A stretch of 64,000 nt of DNA from Chthoniobacterales bacterium (GTDB lineage: Bacteria; Verrucomicrobiota; Verrucomicrobiia; Chthoniobacterales; Chthoniobacteraceae). Each line of letters opens with the position of its first letter. Positions within the stretch are counted from its first letter, which is position 1. Position numbers and translations under genes: made by a program. The DNA is taken from assembly GCA_038207335.1 (NCBI GenBank), contig JBBQZX010000007.1, positions 64,001 through 128,000 on the forward strand. Direction: 5' to 3'. The notes beneath the pieces are model-generated. The model was not told where the DNA came from, made no database searches, and saw only the letters and a program-made list of their open reading frames with translations. Of the stretch, positions 50,108-60,778 are shown piece by piece.

Positions 50108-53100
50108 TACGCTTCACCTCCGGGATGTTCGGCTTTGCCTTCATGGCTCTCGTGATGGTGTTCTCGCGAATAGGCTCCGACCTTCTCCGCACCCGGCATT
50201 TTCATGTTGGGGTTGCGGATACGGGCCAGATACCAGACGCGGGTGCCGACGTTGAGATACTCGAGGAGCCGGTAGCCGCGCTCAGTGGCGCGCACTTTCG
50301 AGACGCTGCTGTCGGGGTTCGCGATATCGCCAAAGGTGATCGCATCTGTCGGACAGGCTTGCGCGCAGGCTACTGTGAAGGCATCGGCGGGGATGCGGAT
50401 GTTATCGGAATCGCGCGCGGCGACCTTTGCAGCGATTTTAGCTTCCTGGATTCGTTGCACGCAAAAGGTGCATTTTTCCATGACTCCGCGCATCCGGACG
50501 GTGACGTTCGGGTTCTTCTGAAGCTTGATGGAATCCTCGGTGCCTTTCGGCGCGGTGAGGTTCCATTTATAAAGGCCGCGGTCTTCGATGTTGCGCTGGT
50601 TGTAGTCGAAGAAGTTGAAGCGGCGGACTTTGAATGGACAGTTGTTCGCGCAGTATCGGGTGCCGATGCAGCGGTTGTAGGCCATCACGTTTAGTCCGTC
50701 GTCGCTGTGAACGGTGGCGTTGACGGGGCATACGGTTTCGCACGGCGCATTCTCGCAGTGCTGGCAGAGCATGGGCTGATAGACCATCTCAGGATCGGCG
50801 GTCTCGTCGCCGACTCCCGCAAAGTAACGATCGGTGCGAATCCAGTGCATCTCGCGGCCGTTGTGGACCTGCTCTTTGCCGACGATCGGAATGTTGTTCT
50901 CCGACTGGCAGGCGACCATGCAGGCGGAGCATCCGGTGCAGGACGAAAGGTCCACGGTCATTCCCCACTGGTGCTGGTTCGTGAGCGGCGGGTGGGAATA
51001 GAGAGAGCTGGTAACAACCTCGGTTTTCTTGCCGTTGACGACTTTCCACTCGGCCTCGGCATCCATGCCGAGCGTCTTTGCGAATTCAGGGTTCTCCTTG
51101 TATTGCTCGATCGTCCCTTCACGGACGAGGTCAGGGCCACGGCCTTCGAGCGTGCCGTGCTCCTGCGTGACTGCGAGAAGGTAGGTGTCGCCGGTTTTCG
51201 CAACTTTCGCGCCGACGATGAAATAAGGCTGTGCGGTGCTGCGGAGGCGGTAGGCATTGAAGCCGGGGCTCTTGCCTGTTGCGTCTTTTCCGCCGACGCG
51301 ACCGGAGACTTCGCGGCCGTATCCGAGTGCGATCGAGAGTGAATTGTCGGCGTGCCCGGGCGCGATAAAAACGGGGATTTTCAGCGAACGCTCCTGCACG
51401 GTGATGTCGATCACGTCGCCGGTTTCGACGCCGAGCTTTGCGGCACTGGCGGGGCTGATGAGAGCGGCGTTGTCCCATGTGACCTTGGTGATCGGATCGG
51501 GGATTTCCTGGAGCCAGCCGTTGTTGGCGAAGCGTCCGTCATCGACTGTGTAGTCGGCAGTGAGGACGATCTCGAAGCTGTTTTCGTCGAGAGCGGGAGC
51601 GGAAAAATTGTCCTTCGCGGATGTCGTGGAGTCGGCGGAAATCGCGAGCGGCTCGGGCTTTGCAGCGCTGTGGGCGAGGAAGCCGTCGTGGAGGAATTTT
51701 GCCCACGCGACGGTGAAATCGGCGGGGCTGGCGGCTTGGCGGAAAGTTTCTTGGATGAGCTCGGGGCCGGTGGTTTTTGCGTGGCCGGCGAATTTTGCGA
51801 GGATGTCCAGCTCCGACCAGCCGTCGTAGAGCGGCAGGATCATCGGCTGGATGGAAAGGTGGCTGCCGTCGGTGGCGTAGGCGTCGCCCCACGACTCGAG
51901 ATAGGTCGCGATCGGCACCTGCCAGGTGGCGAGTTCGGAGGTTTCGTCTTCGTGCAGGCCGACGCGGACAATCGTGCCTTTTTTCTCGTCGCGGAGGGTC
52001 TTGAGGACTTTCGCGAATTCGAGGTCGGACGGCGCGTTGTAGATCGGATTGCCGCCGATGATGATGATCGCGCGGGTCGTGCCGTCGCCGATCGATTTGG
52101 TGAGTTCGCCGATGCTGGCGGCGGGCTTCGCGCCGCGGCGACCGGTGAGCGTTTTGTCGAGGTTGCCGAGCGCGGAGTTGATCGACGCGACGATCGCGTG
52201 GACTCCGGCGGGCTGGCGCGAACCGACGACGACGAGGCTTTTGCCTTTGTTTGCGAGAAGATCGGCGGCGGATTCTTTCACCCACTCCGCGGAGATTTTC
52301 GCGGTCGCGGGCGGGAGCGTTTTTACCAGCGCGAGGAGCGCGGAGTCGCTGGATTTCGCGCCGATTTCCTGCGCGAGGGCGAGGGCGAAGGCACCGATTT
52401 GGCTCGCGGGCATCCGCAGACGGTGGTCGGCCATGCCGCCGGTGACGGTGTAGCGATTTTCGACCGCGTAGAGGCGGTTCATCTTGCCGCCAGCGTCGGG
52501 CTTGCGGCGCGCGGTGAATTGCCGCGTGATGTCGATGGTCGATTCCGTGCCGAGGAAATCGCAGTCGAGCGCCATGATGACGTCGGCTTTTCCCATCTGC
52601 GGAATCGCGGAGATGCCTGCTCCGAAGCTGCCCTCCGGGCCGCCGAGCGGCTCATAAACGGCCCACATCGCCTTTGGAAATTTCTCCTCGATCTCGCCGC
52701 GCAGTCGCTCGCGAGTCGGCCCGTGAATTTCTTCCAAAAGGAACGCGATGCCCGCGCCGTCGGCGGCGTTTTTGATCAGCTCGTCGAGTTCTTTTTCAAA
52801 GGTCGCGACGTCGGACTTTTTGCCGTTTTTGAGGAAATGCTGTGAGCGATCCGGGTCGTAGAAATCGAGGATTGAGGCCTGGGCGAAGATGTCTGTCGCG
52901 CCTTTGCTGGCGGGGTGCAGCGGGTTGCCCTCAATTTTCGTGGGGCGTCCGTCGTGAGTCGTGACGACGAGCGGGATCGCGCCGTTGCGGGTCGGGTAGG
53001 CGCTGGAGAAAAATAGGGCCTTGCCGGGAATCGACCACTCGACGCCGCGCGTGAACGGGACGAGTTGCATTTCCGGCCGGCGGCAGCCGGCGAAGCTGAG

Positions 53101-53304
53101 GCCGGCGAGCGCCATCGACGCGCCCATGAGCTGGAGGAAATTGCGACGGGAAACTTCGCCGCCGCCGAACTCTGACGCACCTTGCGGGAACTCGCGCTCG
53201 AGCCAGCCGCGGAATTCCGGGGTGCCGGAGAGCTGGCCGAGGCTGCGCCAGTATTTCTTGCCAGTGGCGGCCTCGGGCGGGTGATTGAAAACGCGTTTGC
53301 TCAT
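50107..53304 (-). CDS. actB: Alternative complex III subunit B (molybdopterin-oxidoreductase-like + Fe-S domains)
   Basis: YWRSL leader; Tat SRRNFLQL with FAGC lipobox; [51 protein letters not shown]...CAQACP. Confidence 0.95.
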   Translation of the reverse strand: MSKRVFNHPPEAATGKKYWRSLGQLSGTPEFRGWLEREFPQGASEFGGGEVSRRNFLQLMGASMALAGLSFAGCRRPEMQLVPFTRGVEWSIPGKALFFSSAYPTRNGAIPLVVTTHDGRPTKIEGNPLHPASKGATDIFAQASILDFYDPDRSQHFLKNGKKSDVATFEKELDELIKNAADGAGIAFLLEEIHGPTRERLRGEIEEKFPKAMWAVYEPLGGPEGSFGAGISAIPQMGKADVIMALDCDFLGTESTIDITRQFTARRKPDAGGKMNRLYAVENRYTVTGGMADHRLRMPASQIGAFALALAQEIGAKSSDSALLALVKTLPPATAKISAEWVKESAADLLANKGKSLVVVGSRQPAGVHAIVASINSALGNLDKTLTGRRGAKPAASIGELTKSIGDGTTRAIIIIGGNPIYNAPSDLEFAKVLKTLRDEKKGTIVRVGLHEDETSELATWQVPIATYLESWGDAYATDGSHLSIQPMILPLYDGWSELDILAKFAGHAKTTGPELIQETFRQAASPADFTVAWAKFLHDGFLAHSAAKPEPLAISADSTTSAKDNFSAPALDENSFEIVLTADYTVDDGRFANNGWLQEIPDPITKVTWDNAALISPASAAKLGVETGDVIDITVQERSLKIPVFIAPGHADNSLSIALGYGREVSGRVGGKDATGKSPGFNAYRLRSTAQPYFIVGAKVAKTGDTYLLAVTQEHGTLEGRGPDLVREGTIEQYKENPEFAKTLGMDAEAEWKVVNGKKTEVVTSSLYSHPPLTNQHQWGMTVDLSSCTGCSACMVACQSENNIPIVGKEQVHNGREMHWIRTDRYFAGVGDETADPEMVYQPMLCQHCENAPCETVCPVNATVHSDDGLNVMAYNRCIGTRYCANNCPFKVRRFNFFDYNQRNIEDRGLYKWNLTAPKGTEDSIKLQKNPNVTVRMRGVMEKCTFCVQRIQEAKIAAKVAARDSDNIRIPADAFTVACAQACPTDAITFGDIANPDSSVSKVRATERGYRLLEYLNVGTRVWYLARIRNPNMKMPGAEKVGAYSREHHHESHEGKAEHPGGEA

Positions 53305-53316
53305 CGAAAAATTTCG

Positions 53317-53991
53317 TTAGCGGTGGCAGCCGGCGCAGTTGCCATCGGGCGGATGGACGTTCCATTCCGCCTTTAGTTTCAGGCCGAGCTTTTCCTGCGC
53401 GTCGGTCACGGACTGGCCTTTCTCAGTCGGCGCGGTCCAGTCGAGATTCGTGATTTGGTCGAGCGGGCGCAGCGCGTGCTCGGGGTTCCGGTGGCAGTTG
53501 AGGCAGAAATCCATCGACAGCGGCTTGGCTTGATAGACGACGGCCATTTCGTTGATCTTCCCGTGGCACTCGACGCAAGAGACGCCGCGGTTCACGTGAG
53601 CCGAGTGGTTGAAATAGACGTAGTCGGGGGTCTTGTGGACTTGCACCCACTCGATGGGTTTGCCGGTCTGCCACGAGTCGCGCACGGGCTGGAGCTTCGG
53701 GTTGTCTTTCTGAATCTGCCCGTGGCAGTTCATGCAAACCTGCGTGGTCGGAACGTTCGAGTGCGCGGCGACCTCGACGAAGCTGTGGCAGTAGCGGCAA
53801 TCCATGCCGACTTGCTTCACATGGATGTCGTGCGGAAACGGGACGGGCTGAACGGGTTGGTATCCGACGTTCGTGTATTTGTTGGTAAAGTAATACCCGA
53901 AGCCTGCCGTGAGCGCGACGCCGAGCACGGCGGCACATAGCGCGATTTTGAGAGGCAGGAAGTTGCTCGACCGTGGAAAGATGTTCGCCAT
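53317..53991 (-). CDS. actA: Alternative complex III pentaheme cytochrome subunit A
   Basis: One TM; GYQPVQPVPFPH; five CxxCH (CRYCH, CMNCH, CVECH, CLNCH, CAGCH). Confidence 0.95.
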   Translation of the reverse strand: MANIFPRSSNFLPLKIALCAAVLGVALTAGFGYYFTNKYTNVGYQPVQPVPFPHDIHVKQVGMDCRYCHSFVEVAAHSNVPTTQVCMNCHGQIQKDNPKLQPVRDSWQTGKPIEWVQVHKTPDYVYFNHSAHVNRGVSCVECHGKINEMAVVYQAKPLSMDFCLNCHRNPEHALRPLDQITNLDWTAPTEKGQSVTDAQEKLGLKLKAEWNVHPPDGNCAGCHR

Positions 53992-54068
53992 GCGTCAGGG
54001 TTGCTCGGAGCGTCGGAAGATCGGAAATGCGGCGGTCGGCATGGACGGAAAATCGAGAAGGGGCAGCT

Positions 54069-54097
54069 ATGATGGAGGCGGGTGAATTGGTTGGCAA
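54069..54097 (-). promoter_or_regulatory. Putative sigma70-type promoter of the act-cco-cta cluster
   Basis: Minus strand TTGCCA-17 nt-CATCAT upstream of actA. Confidence 0.4.
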
Positions 54098-54103
54098 GAA
54101 AGT

Positions 54104-54121
54104 TTGTGAAAAATTTCACAA
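54104..54121. promoter_or_regulatory. Rex-type (or CRP-family) operator
   Basis: TTGTGAA-AAAT-TTCACAA matches the Rex consensus TTGTGAAnnnnTTCACAA and contains TGTGA-N6-TCACA. Confidence 0.7.
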
Positions 54122-54172
54122 GCTCCCGAACCTCGCGATTTTCGCCTCGCCGGATCGACGCTTTCGCGGCGA

Positions 54173-55921
54173 TCAGGGGGGCGGATGATTCGTGATCGGC
54201 GCGGTGCGGTGCAATAACAAAACGTCGTGGTGATCCTTCTGGGCAAAGGTTTTGGCGATTTGAAATTCGGGCAGGCGCGTGGCGAATTTCTTGCGTTCCT
54301 GGTCGCGGATGAGGATGAAGTCGGCAGCGGGCGAGATTTGGTCGAGTTCGGTGGCGTAGCGGTAGGGGGCGCGGATGTAAAAGATGGCGGGGAGATATCC
54401 GGGGTCGAAAATTGTGAGCGATTTTCCGGAGGGGATTTCGGCGGTGATGGAGACACCGAATGGGCGGAGGTCATCGCGGCGGTTGAGAATTGGGACGATG
54501 GCGAGGGCGTAGAGAATGGAGGCGACGGCGAGGAGAGTGGCGGAAGTAATGGTGAGTCCGGGGAGCGTGAGGGAGTGCGGGCGGCGGGCGATGATGAGCG
54601 CGCAAATGGCGAGGAGGAGGCCGCACAGGAGGCCAATTTTTGCCACCGGGATTGCTGAGGAGAAGATCGAGGCGTCGGTGTCGAACGAGTGGCGGTTTGG
54701 AGCGACGGTGAATGGGGCTGCGAGTGCGGCAATGATGAGGAGGGCTGCGAGGATGCGGTTGGTGAGGTGCCAGCGGGCGGCGATGGGATTTTCGGGTTGG
54801 GAGTTGAAATGGAGGCAGAGAGAGAAGGCGAGGAGGAGGGCAATGGGGGCGCCGAGCGGGAGGATGTAGCGCGGGAGTGCGCCAGGGATGAGGAGGACGA
54901 TGAGCGCGGTGGCGGCGGTGGTGAGCGTAAGGAATTTGAGGAGGCGCGGGGTGAGGAGGTTGCCAGAGGCGATTGGCAGAAACGCGGGTGAGATATTGAT
55001 CGGACTAAGTGCCGGTGAGGGCGGTGACAGAGTCACTGGAGGTGCGATTTTTGGCGAGCACCGAAGCCGGAAGAGGATGAGGAATGGCGCGAAGATGAGC
55101 CAGGGGAGCTGGTCGGCGAGGGCGCGAGGGATGTTGAGCAGGTAGTTTGTGGGATTGAAGTCGCTGTCGGTGAAGCGGTCGATGCCTTGGCGCTTCCAGA
55201 CGGCGGCGGCGGCGACAGCCTCGGGGCTGTGGAAGAATGGGAAGGCCCATGCGGCGAAGATCGCGGCGGCAAGCGCGATGCCGGCGAGGTGCGCGGGATG
55301 GAGGAGCGCGCGGAGGTCGCGCTCGGCGGCGAGCGTGGCGGCGACGACGGCGTAGAAGAAAAGGAGGTGGAGGGAGGGGCCTTTGGCGAGGCAGGCGAGG
55401 CCGAGGAAGAGGAAGGAGGCGAGCCAGGTGAGCCAAGGGGATTTTTTGCCGAGGCGGAATGCAAGCCAGAGGGTGATCGCGATGCCGGTGAGGGGGGCGT
55501 AGATGCCTTCGATCTCGGCGCCGACGAATCGGGCTTTTGCGAGGAGGCCGAGCTGGGTGATGGAGAAGATGGCGGCAACGAGGGCGGTGGCGGGGTCCAT
55601 CCATCCGGGCGCGCCGCTGGTGGCTATGATCGTGGCAGCGAGGGCGAGGACGCAGAGGGCGGAGGGGAGTCGCGCGGTCCATTCGTTGCGCGTGCCGGTG
55701 ATTTTGAAGGAGGCGGCGATGAGCCAGTTGACGAGAGGCGGCTTGCGGAGGAAAGGCTTGCCGCCGACGCGAGGAATGAGCCACCCGCCGCCGTCGAGCA
55801 TCGTGACGGCGGGGAGGATGCGGCGGCCTTCTTCGCCCTTGATCTCGGTGGAGCCGAGGCCGGGAAGGTAGATCGCGGCCCAGAGGGCGGCGGCGATGAG
55901 TAGGGCGCGGAGGCGAGTCAT
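54173..55921 (-). CDS. ArnT/PMT-like (GT-C) membrane glycosyltransferase
   Basis: EEGRR..PA..M...GWLIP, KPPL..W, RLPSAL, LAKGP, RYILP; many TM helices. Confidence 0.85.
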   Translation of the reverse strand: MTRLRALLIAAALWAAIYLPGLGSTEIKGEEGRRILPAVTMLDGGGWLIPRVGGKPFLRKPPLVNWLIAASFKITGTRNEWTARLPSALCVLALAATIIATSGAPGWMDPATALVAAIFSITQLGLLAKARFVGAEIEGIYAPLTGIAITLWLAFRLGKKSPWLTWLASFLFLGLACLAKGPSLHLLFFYAVVAATLAAERDLRALLHPAHLAGIALAAAIFAAWAFPFFHSPEAVAAAAVWKRQGIDRFTDSDFNPTNYLLNIPRALADQLPWLIFAPFLILFRLRCSPKIAPPVTLSPPSPALSPINISPAFLPIASGNLLTPRLLKFLTLTTAATALIVLLIPGALPRYILPLGAPIALLLAFSLCLHFNSQPENPIAARWHLTNRILAALLIIAALAAPFTVAPNRHSFDTDASIFSSAIPVAKIGLLCGLLLAICALIIARRPHSLTLPGLTITSATLLAVASILYALAIVPILNRRDDLRPFGVSITAEIPSGKSLTIFDPGYLPAIFYIRAPYRYATELDQISPAADFILIRDQERKKFATRLPEFQIAKTFAQKDHHDVLLLHRTAPITNHPPP

Positions 55922-55982
55922 AGGAATGCGGTCGTCCCCGCCTGCGAGGCCGGCACAACAGGCGAGACGCTTGTCTTCCGGC

Positions 55983-58900
55983 TTACGCGCGCAGCTTCAC
56001 CAGCAAGTCGCCGGCTTCCACGGAATCGCCGACGCTGACGTTCACCTCGGCCACGACGCCGTCGGCGTGGGCGTAGAGCGTGGTCTGCATTTTCATCGCT
56101 TCGAGGGTCGCGAGTTTGTCGCCGTTGGCCACTTTTCCGCCGACGGTCGCGCTGAGGGCGGTGACCATTCCGGGAATCGGCGCGCCGATTTGCAACGGGT
56201 CGGCGGCGTCGGCTTTGGCCCGTGCTTTCGATTTCGGCGCGATCGATTTGTCGAAAACAACCGACTCGCGCGGTACGCCGTTGAGCTCGTAGCTGATCAC
56301 GCGGCGGCCTTCCTTGTCCGGCGCGCCGATGTTGATGAGCTTGATGAAAAGCACCTTCCCCTCCTCGATTGAGACGCTGATTTCCTCGCCGAGATTCAGC
56401 CCGTAGAAAAACGCGGGCGTCGGCAATTTGCTCACGTCGCCGAAATCACGCGCGAACTTCGCGTAGTCCGCGAAGACGCTTGGATACATAAGATGCGAGT
56501 AGAGGTCGTCCTCGCTCGGCTCGCGTTTAGTCTTCGCAGCGACCTCGGTTTTCGTCTCCTTGAGCTTCACCGGCGCGGGCTTCGTGCGCTTGGGTTTCGT
56601 CGAGCCGAGCACGGCTTTCACGACCGGCGCGGGCCAGCCGCCCATCGGCTCGCCGAGCCCACCGCTGAGCATGTCGATCACACTTTCCGGCCACGAGGTT
56701 CCGGGCGGGAGATTTACCACGTCGGCGGGCTTGATCCCTTTCGTGAAAAGGAACAGCGCCATGTCGCCGACCACTTTGCTCGACGGCGTGACCTTCACGA
56801 TGTCGCCGAAAAGGTCGTTCACCTCGCGGTAGGTGCGCGCGATTTCCGGCCAGCGATTTCCGAGCCCCATCGCGTTCGCCTGCTCCTTGAGATTCGTGAA
56901 CTGCCCGCCCGGCATCTCGTGCAAATACACCTCCGCGCTGCCGCTCCTCGGCGCCGTGTCGAAGGGCGCATAAAACGCGCGCACCTGCTCCCAGTAGTCG
57001 GAGAATTCGTTGAGCGTATCGACGTCGAGCCCGGTGTCGCGCGGCGTGTGCTCGAGCGCGGCGACGATCGAGTTGAGATTCGGCTGCGAGGTCGAACCGC
57101 TCATCGACGCGATCGCTAGATCGACCACATCGACGCCCGCGTCCGATGCGCGCAGGATCGAACCCGCATTGATCCCGCTCGTGTCGTGCGTGTGAAAATG
57201 CACCGGGATGCCGATCTCCTCTTTCAGCGCCGTCACCAGCGCGCTCGCGGCATACGGCCGGCAGAGCCCCGCCATATCTTTGATGCAAAGGAAATGCGCG
57301 CCCATTTTTTCCAGTTCCTTCGCGAGTCCGACGTAGTATTTCAGCGAATATTTCGAGCGCTTCGGGTCGAGGATGTCGCCGGTGTAGCAGAGCGCGCCTT
57401 CGCAGATCGCGTGCGTGTTCTGCACCGCCTCCATCGCGGCCCGCATGTTCTTGAGATCATTCAGCGAGTCGAAGACCCGGAAGATATCCATGCCGCACGC
57501 CGCCGCGTGCTCGACGAAACCGGCGACGACATTCGGCGGATAACTCGTGTAGCCGACCGCGTTCGCGCCGCGCAGGAGCATCTGGAAACAGATGTTCGGC
57601 ACCTTCTCGCGCAGCAGCCGCAGACGCTGCCACGGGTCCTCGTGCAGGAAGCGCATCGCCGTGTCGAAAGTCGCGCCGCCCCACATTTCCAGCGAGAACA
57701 GCTCCGGCGCCCGCCGCGCCACCGCGCCCGCCACCGCCGCCATGTCGAAGGTCCGCACGCGCGTCGCCATCAGCGACTGGTGTGCATCGCGGAACGTCGT
57801 GTCCGTGACCAGCAGCCGCTTCTCCTTCAGCGCCCATTGCGCGAACTTCTTCGGCCCCAGCTCCAGCAAAAGCTGCCGCGTCCCCGGCTGCGGCTCCGCC
57901 TTCCGATCGTAGTCCGGCAGCGGCGCGCCGGTCAGCGGCACCGCCGGCTTGTAGCCCTTCGCGTGCGGATTCGAGTTCACGATCACGTTGCTCAGAAAGC
58001 CCAGCAGCTTCGTCGCGCGATCCCGCCGCGGCTTGAATTCGAACAGCCCCGGCGACGTGTCGATCATCGTCGTCGTCGCCTTGCCGGTGCGGAATTGCTC
58101 CGCATGGATCACGTTATCCAGGAACGGAATATTCGTCTTCACCCCGCGGATGCGGCACTCGCGCAGCGCCCGATCCATCCGGTCCAGCGCCATCTGGAAA
58201 GTGCTCGCCTTTGCCGTGATCTTCACCAGCAGCGAATCGTAGAACGGCGTGATCACCGCGCCCGACTCACCCATCCCCGCATCCAGCCGGATGCCGTATC
58301 CGCCCGCGCTGCGGAAGGTCGCGATCTTCCCGTAGCTCGGCATGAATTTGTTCTCCGGGTCCTCCGTCGTCACGCGGCACTGCACCGCGAAGCCATTGCG
58401 CTGAATCTCCCCTTGCGGCGGCAGCGCGATCTCCGGCCCATGCAGCTCAAAGCCCTGCGCCACCAAGATTTGCGACCGCACGAGATCGATCCCCGTGATC
58501 TCCTCCGTCACCGTATGCTCCACCTGGATGCGCGGGTTCATCTCGATGAAAAACCACTCGTCCGTGTCCAGATCCAGGAGGAATTCCACCGTCCCCGCAT
58601 TGTCGTAGCCGATCTCCTTGGCGATCCGCGTCGCCGCGTCGCACAGCTCGTGCCGCACCTTGTCGCTGAGCCCAAAGCTCGGCGCGATCTCCACCACCTT
58701 CTGGTGCCGCCGCTGCACCGAGCAGTCCCGCTCGTGCAGGTGCAGCACATGCCCGTGCTTGTCGCCTAAAATCTGCACCTCGATGTGCTTCGCTCGCCCG
58801 ATGTAACGCTCGAGAAACACCGCCGCATTCCCAAAGGCCCGCTCCGCCTCCCCCTGCGCCTCATCCAGCAGCGCATCCAGGTCCCCCGCCTTCTGCACCA

Positions 58901-59453
58901 CCCTCATCCCGCGCCCGCCGCCCCCAAATGCCGCCTTGATGATCAGCGGAAACCCGATCTGCGCCGCCGCCTTCAGCGCCTCCGCGCGATCCGTCACCGG
59001 GTCCTCCGTCCCAGGCAGCGTCGGCACCTTCAGCTTCTGAGTCAGCGCGCGCGCCGCCACCTTGTCGCCCATCAGCTCCAGCAGCTCCGGCTTTGGCCCG
59101 ACGAAAGTGATCCCCGCCTCCGCGCACGCCTTCGCGAATTTCGCATTCTCCGACAGAAACCCATACCCCGGGTGAATCAGCTCCGCCCCGTGCTCCTTTG
59201 CCACCGCGATGATGCCCGCGATATCCAGATACGCCCCCACTGGCCCCTTCCCCTCGCCCACGCGATACGCCTCATCAGCCTTGAAGCGATGCATCGAGAA
59301 CCGATCCTCCTCCGCATAAATCGCCACCGTCCTGAACCCCAGTTCCGTCGCCGCCCGCATCACCCGGATCGCGATCTCTGACCTGTTTGCGACGAGTAAC
59401 TTTCGCGGTTTGCTCGGAGTGGCGGATCGTGCTGCGCGCGTCGGAGTGTTCAT
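55983..59453 (-). CDS. pyc: Pyruvate carboxylase
   Basis: ANRSEIA, HPGYGFLSEN, GGGGRGMR, RDCSVQRRHQK, RDAHQSL, WGGATFD, IKDMAG, HTHDT, KVTPSSK, EAMKM; start at MNTPTR. Confidence 0.98.
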   Translation of the reverse strand: MNTPTRAARSATPSKPRKLLVANRSEIAIRVMRAATELGFRTVAIYAEEDRFSMHRFKADEAYRVGEGKGPVGAYLDIAGIIAVAKEHGAELIHPGYGFLSENAKFAKACAEAGITFVGPKPELLELMGDKVAARALTQKLKVPTLPGTEDPVTDRAEALKAAAQIGFPLIIKAAFGGGGRGMRVVQKAGDLDALLDEAQGEAERAFGNAAVFLERYIGRAKHIEVQILGDKHGHVLHLHERDCSVQRRHQKVVEIAPSFGLSDKVRHELCDAATRIAKEIGYDNAGTVEFLLDLDTDEWFFIEMNPRIQVEHTVTEEITGIDLVRSQILVAQGFELHGPEIALPPQGEIQRNGFAVQCRVTTEDPENKFMPSYGKIATFRSAGGYGIRLDAGMGESGAVITPFYDSLLVKITAKASTFQMALDRMDRALRECRIRGVKTNIPFLDNVIHAEQFRTGKATTTMIDTSPGLFEFKPRRDRATKLLGFLSNVIVNSNPHAKGYKPAVPLTGAPLPDYDRKAEPQPGTRQLLLELGPKKFAQWALKEKRLLVTDTTFRDAHQSLMATRVRTFDMAAVAGAVARRAPELFSLEMWGGATFDTAMRFLHEDPWQRLRLLREKVPNICFQMLLRGANAVGYTSYPPNVVAGFVEHAAACGMDIFRVFDSLNDLKNMRAAMEAVQNTHAICEGALCYTGDILDPKRSKYSLKYYVGLAKELEKMGAHFLCIKDMAGLCRPYAASALVTALKEEIGIPVHFHTHDTSGINAGSILRASDAGVDVVDLAIASMSGSTSQPNLNSIVAALEHTPRDTGLDVDTLNEFSDYWEQVRAFYAPFDTAPRSGSAEVYLHEMPGGQFTNLKEQANAMGLGNRWPEIARTYREVNDLFGDIVKVTPSSKVVGDMALFLFTKGIKPADVVNLPPGTSWPESVIDMLSGGLGEPMGGWPAPVVKAVLGSTKPKRTKPAPVKLKETKTEVAAKTKREPSEDDLYSHLMYPSVFADYAKFARDFGDVSKLPTPAFFYGLNLGEEISVSIEEGKVLFIKLINIGAPDKEGRRVISYELNGVPRESVVFDKSIAPKSKARAKADAADPLQIGAPIPGMVTALSATVGGKVANGDKLATLEAMKMQTTLYAHADGVVAEVNVSVGDSVEAGDLLVKLRA

Positions 59454-59799
59454 AAAAAGCGCACTTTCTAAACGGCCCACCGCCCGCAAAGCCAGCGCAG
59501 ACTTGGTTTCGCGAGGAAAAACACTCGCTGCGCGCGCCCGCTCCACTTACGTCCGCTCGCGATCTTCGTCGGGTGAACGCGAGACATCTACGCTGGCATT
59601 CCCATCTCTGGATCGAACGAGAGCTGAAAGGTCTCCATTTCGAGCTTGCTCAGTTCAGCGCGGGAGCGGAGAACGTCGCAATGAGGTTGGACCTGCTGCG
59701 CTAGGAACAGAAGCACCTGCCTACGCCCAGAAGCAATACTGCGGCTCTTGGCGCAGCCGACCACCCCACCGCGACCCCCAGCCAATTCACCTAGTTTTT

Positions 59800-60080
59800 G
59801 TTAAGCGGCATCGAACCCCACACAACACCACAGCGAAGCAAACACACCATGAAAACATCCCAAAAGAACAAGCTCGTGAAGACCAACACAATTCTTTGGC
59901 TCGCAGCGATAGGTTTGCCTGTATTTTTGCACTTTGCCCTTGCCGCTTCCAAGTTTCCCTGGCCGGTGATTCTACCTTTTTTGCTCCTTGGACCGATGCT
60001 GGCCTCCAACAATATGCTGACCAAAGCAATTGGGGACACGACAGATGATGCCGCGTAACCATGCGCTTCAGCGACAGCGG
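59800..60080 (+). mobile_element. Orphan integron-type gene cassette with a truncated attC
   Basis: GTTAAGCGGCATC (59800-59812) is 12/13 complementary to GATGCCGCGTAAC (60047-60059), which overlaps the ORF stop and is followed by CATGCGCTTCAGCG; low GC. Confidence 0.55.
59849..60058 (+). CDS. Hypothetical 69-aa membrane protein (cassette ORF)
   Basis: ATG after a C/A-rich leader; two hydrophobic segments; stop codon inside TAAC. Confidence 0.6.
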   Translation: MKTSQKNKLVKTNTILWLAAIGLPVFLHFALAASKFPWPVILPFLLLGPMLASNNMLTKAIGDTTDDAA

Positions 60081-60778
60081 TCGCAGACGCGTCGCGGCGT
60101 CTCGCAGGATGTCCTGATATTCTCCAGAGAAAGCTTCGACAGAAATTCATTTCCGTTGTTCTTGCCGGAGCATCAACCGAAATGACCGCAGCACCGAGCC
60201 ATCGACTACGGCGAGTCGCTTCTTTTCAATAGGCCGTTGGTTTTCGCAGCTAACTACACCCCCAACCAACCACATATCCGCTTTATTATCCCTCGATGCT
60301 GATGGTGCGGCGGATTTCTTCAGTTTTGAAGCCAATGGCGCTGGGCATGGTGATGCCGGGGAGGAGCCCTACGTCGTAAAGTTCGCGGACGACGCCTAGG
60401 GGGGCTGCCATACGGGGCGGAAGCTGTGGGTCTCGCTCGGGGCGGCGAGGCAGGAGAAGAGGGTATTGACGAAGATGGGACGCGCGTCGCGATCGAGCGC
60501 GATGTCGTGGGCGTCGATGTCGTGATGATCTTTTCCTGCCTCCTTCTGGTCATTCCGCTCTCCCTCGGGGCTCTTCACTTTTTTCCTCGGTAGTTTTGCA
60601 GCACGTTGATCTGTTTGCTGGAGAATGAGTTCGAGCGGATTGCCGAAGACCAGATTCATGAGCTTTGCCGTGAATGCCATCGAAAAAGACTCCGGCTGGC
60701 GCGCCTCGAGAGCCCGGGCATTATCGCTTGTCGACGTGGCCATTGGGGCGGAAACTGCGGGGAAATTTACTCTCACGT

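Noticed and set aside
59791..60335. Minus-strand ORFs 60147..60335 and 59791..60150
   Set aside because: No motifs; the second is antisense to the cassette ORF and attC-like arm
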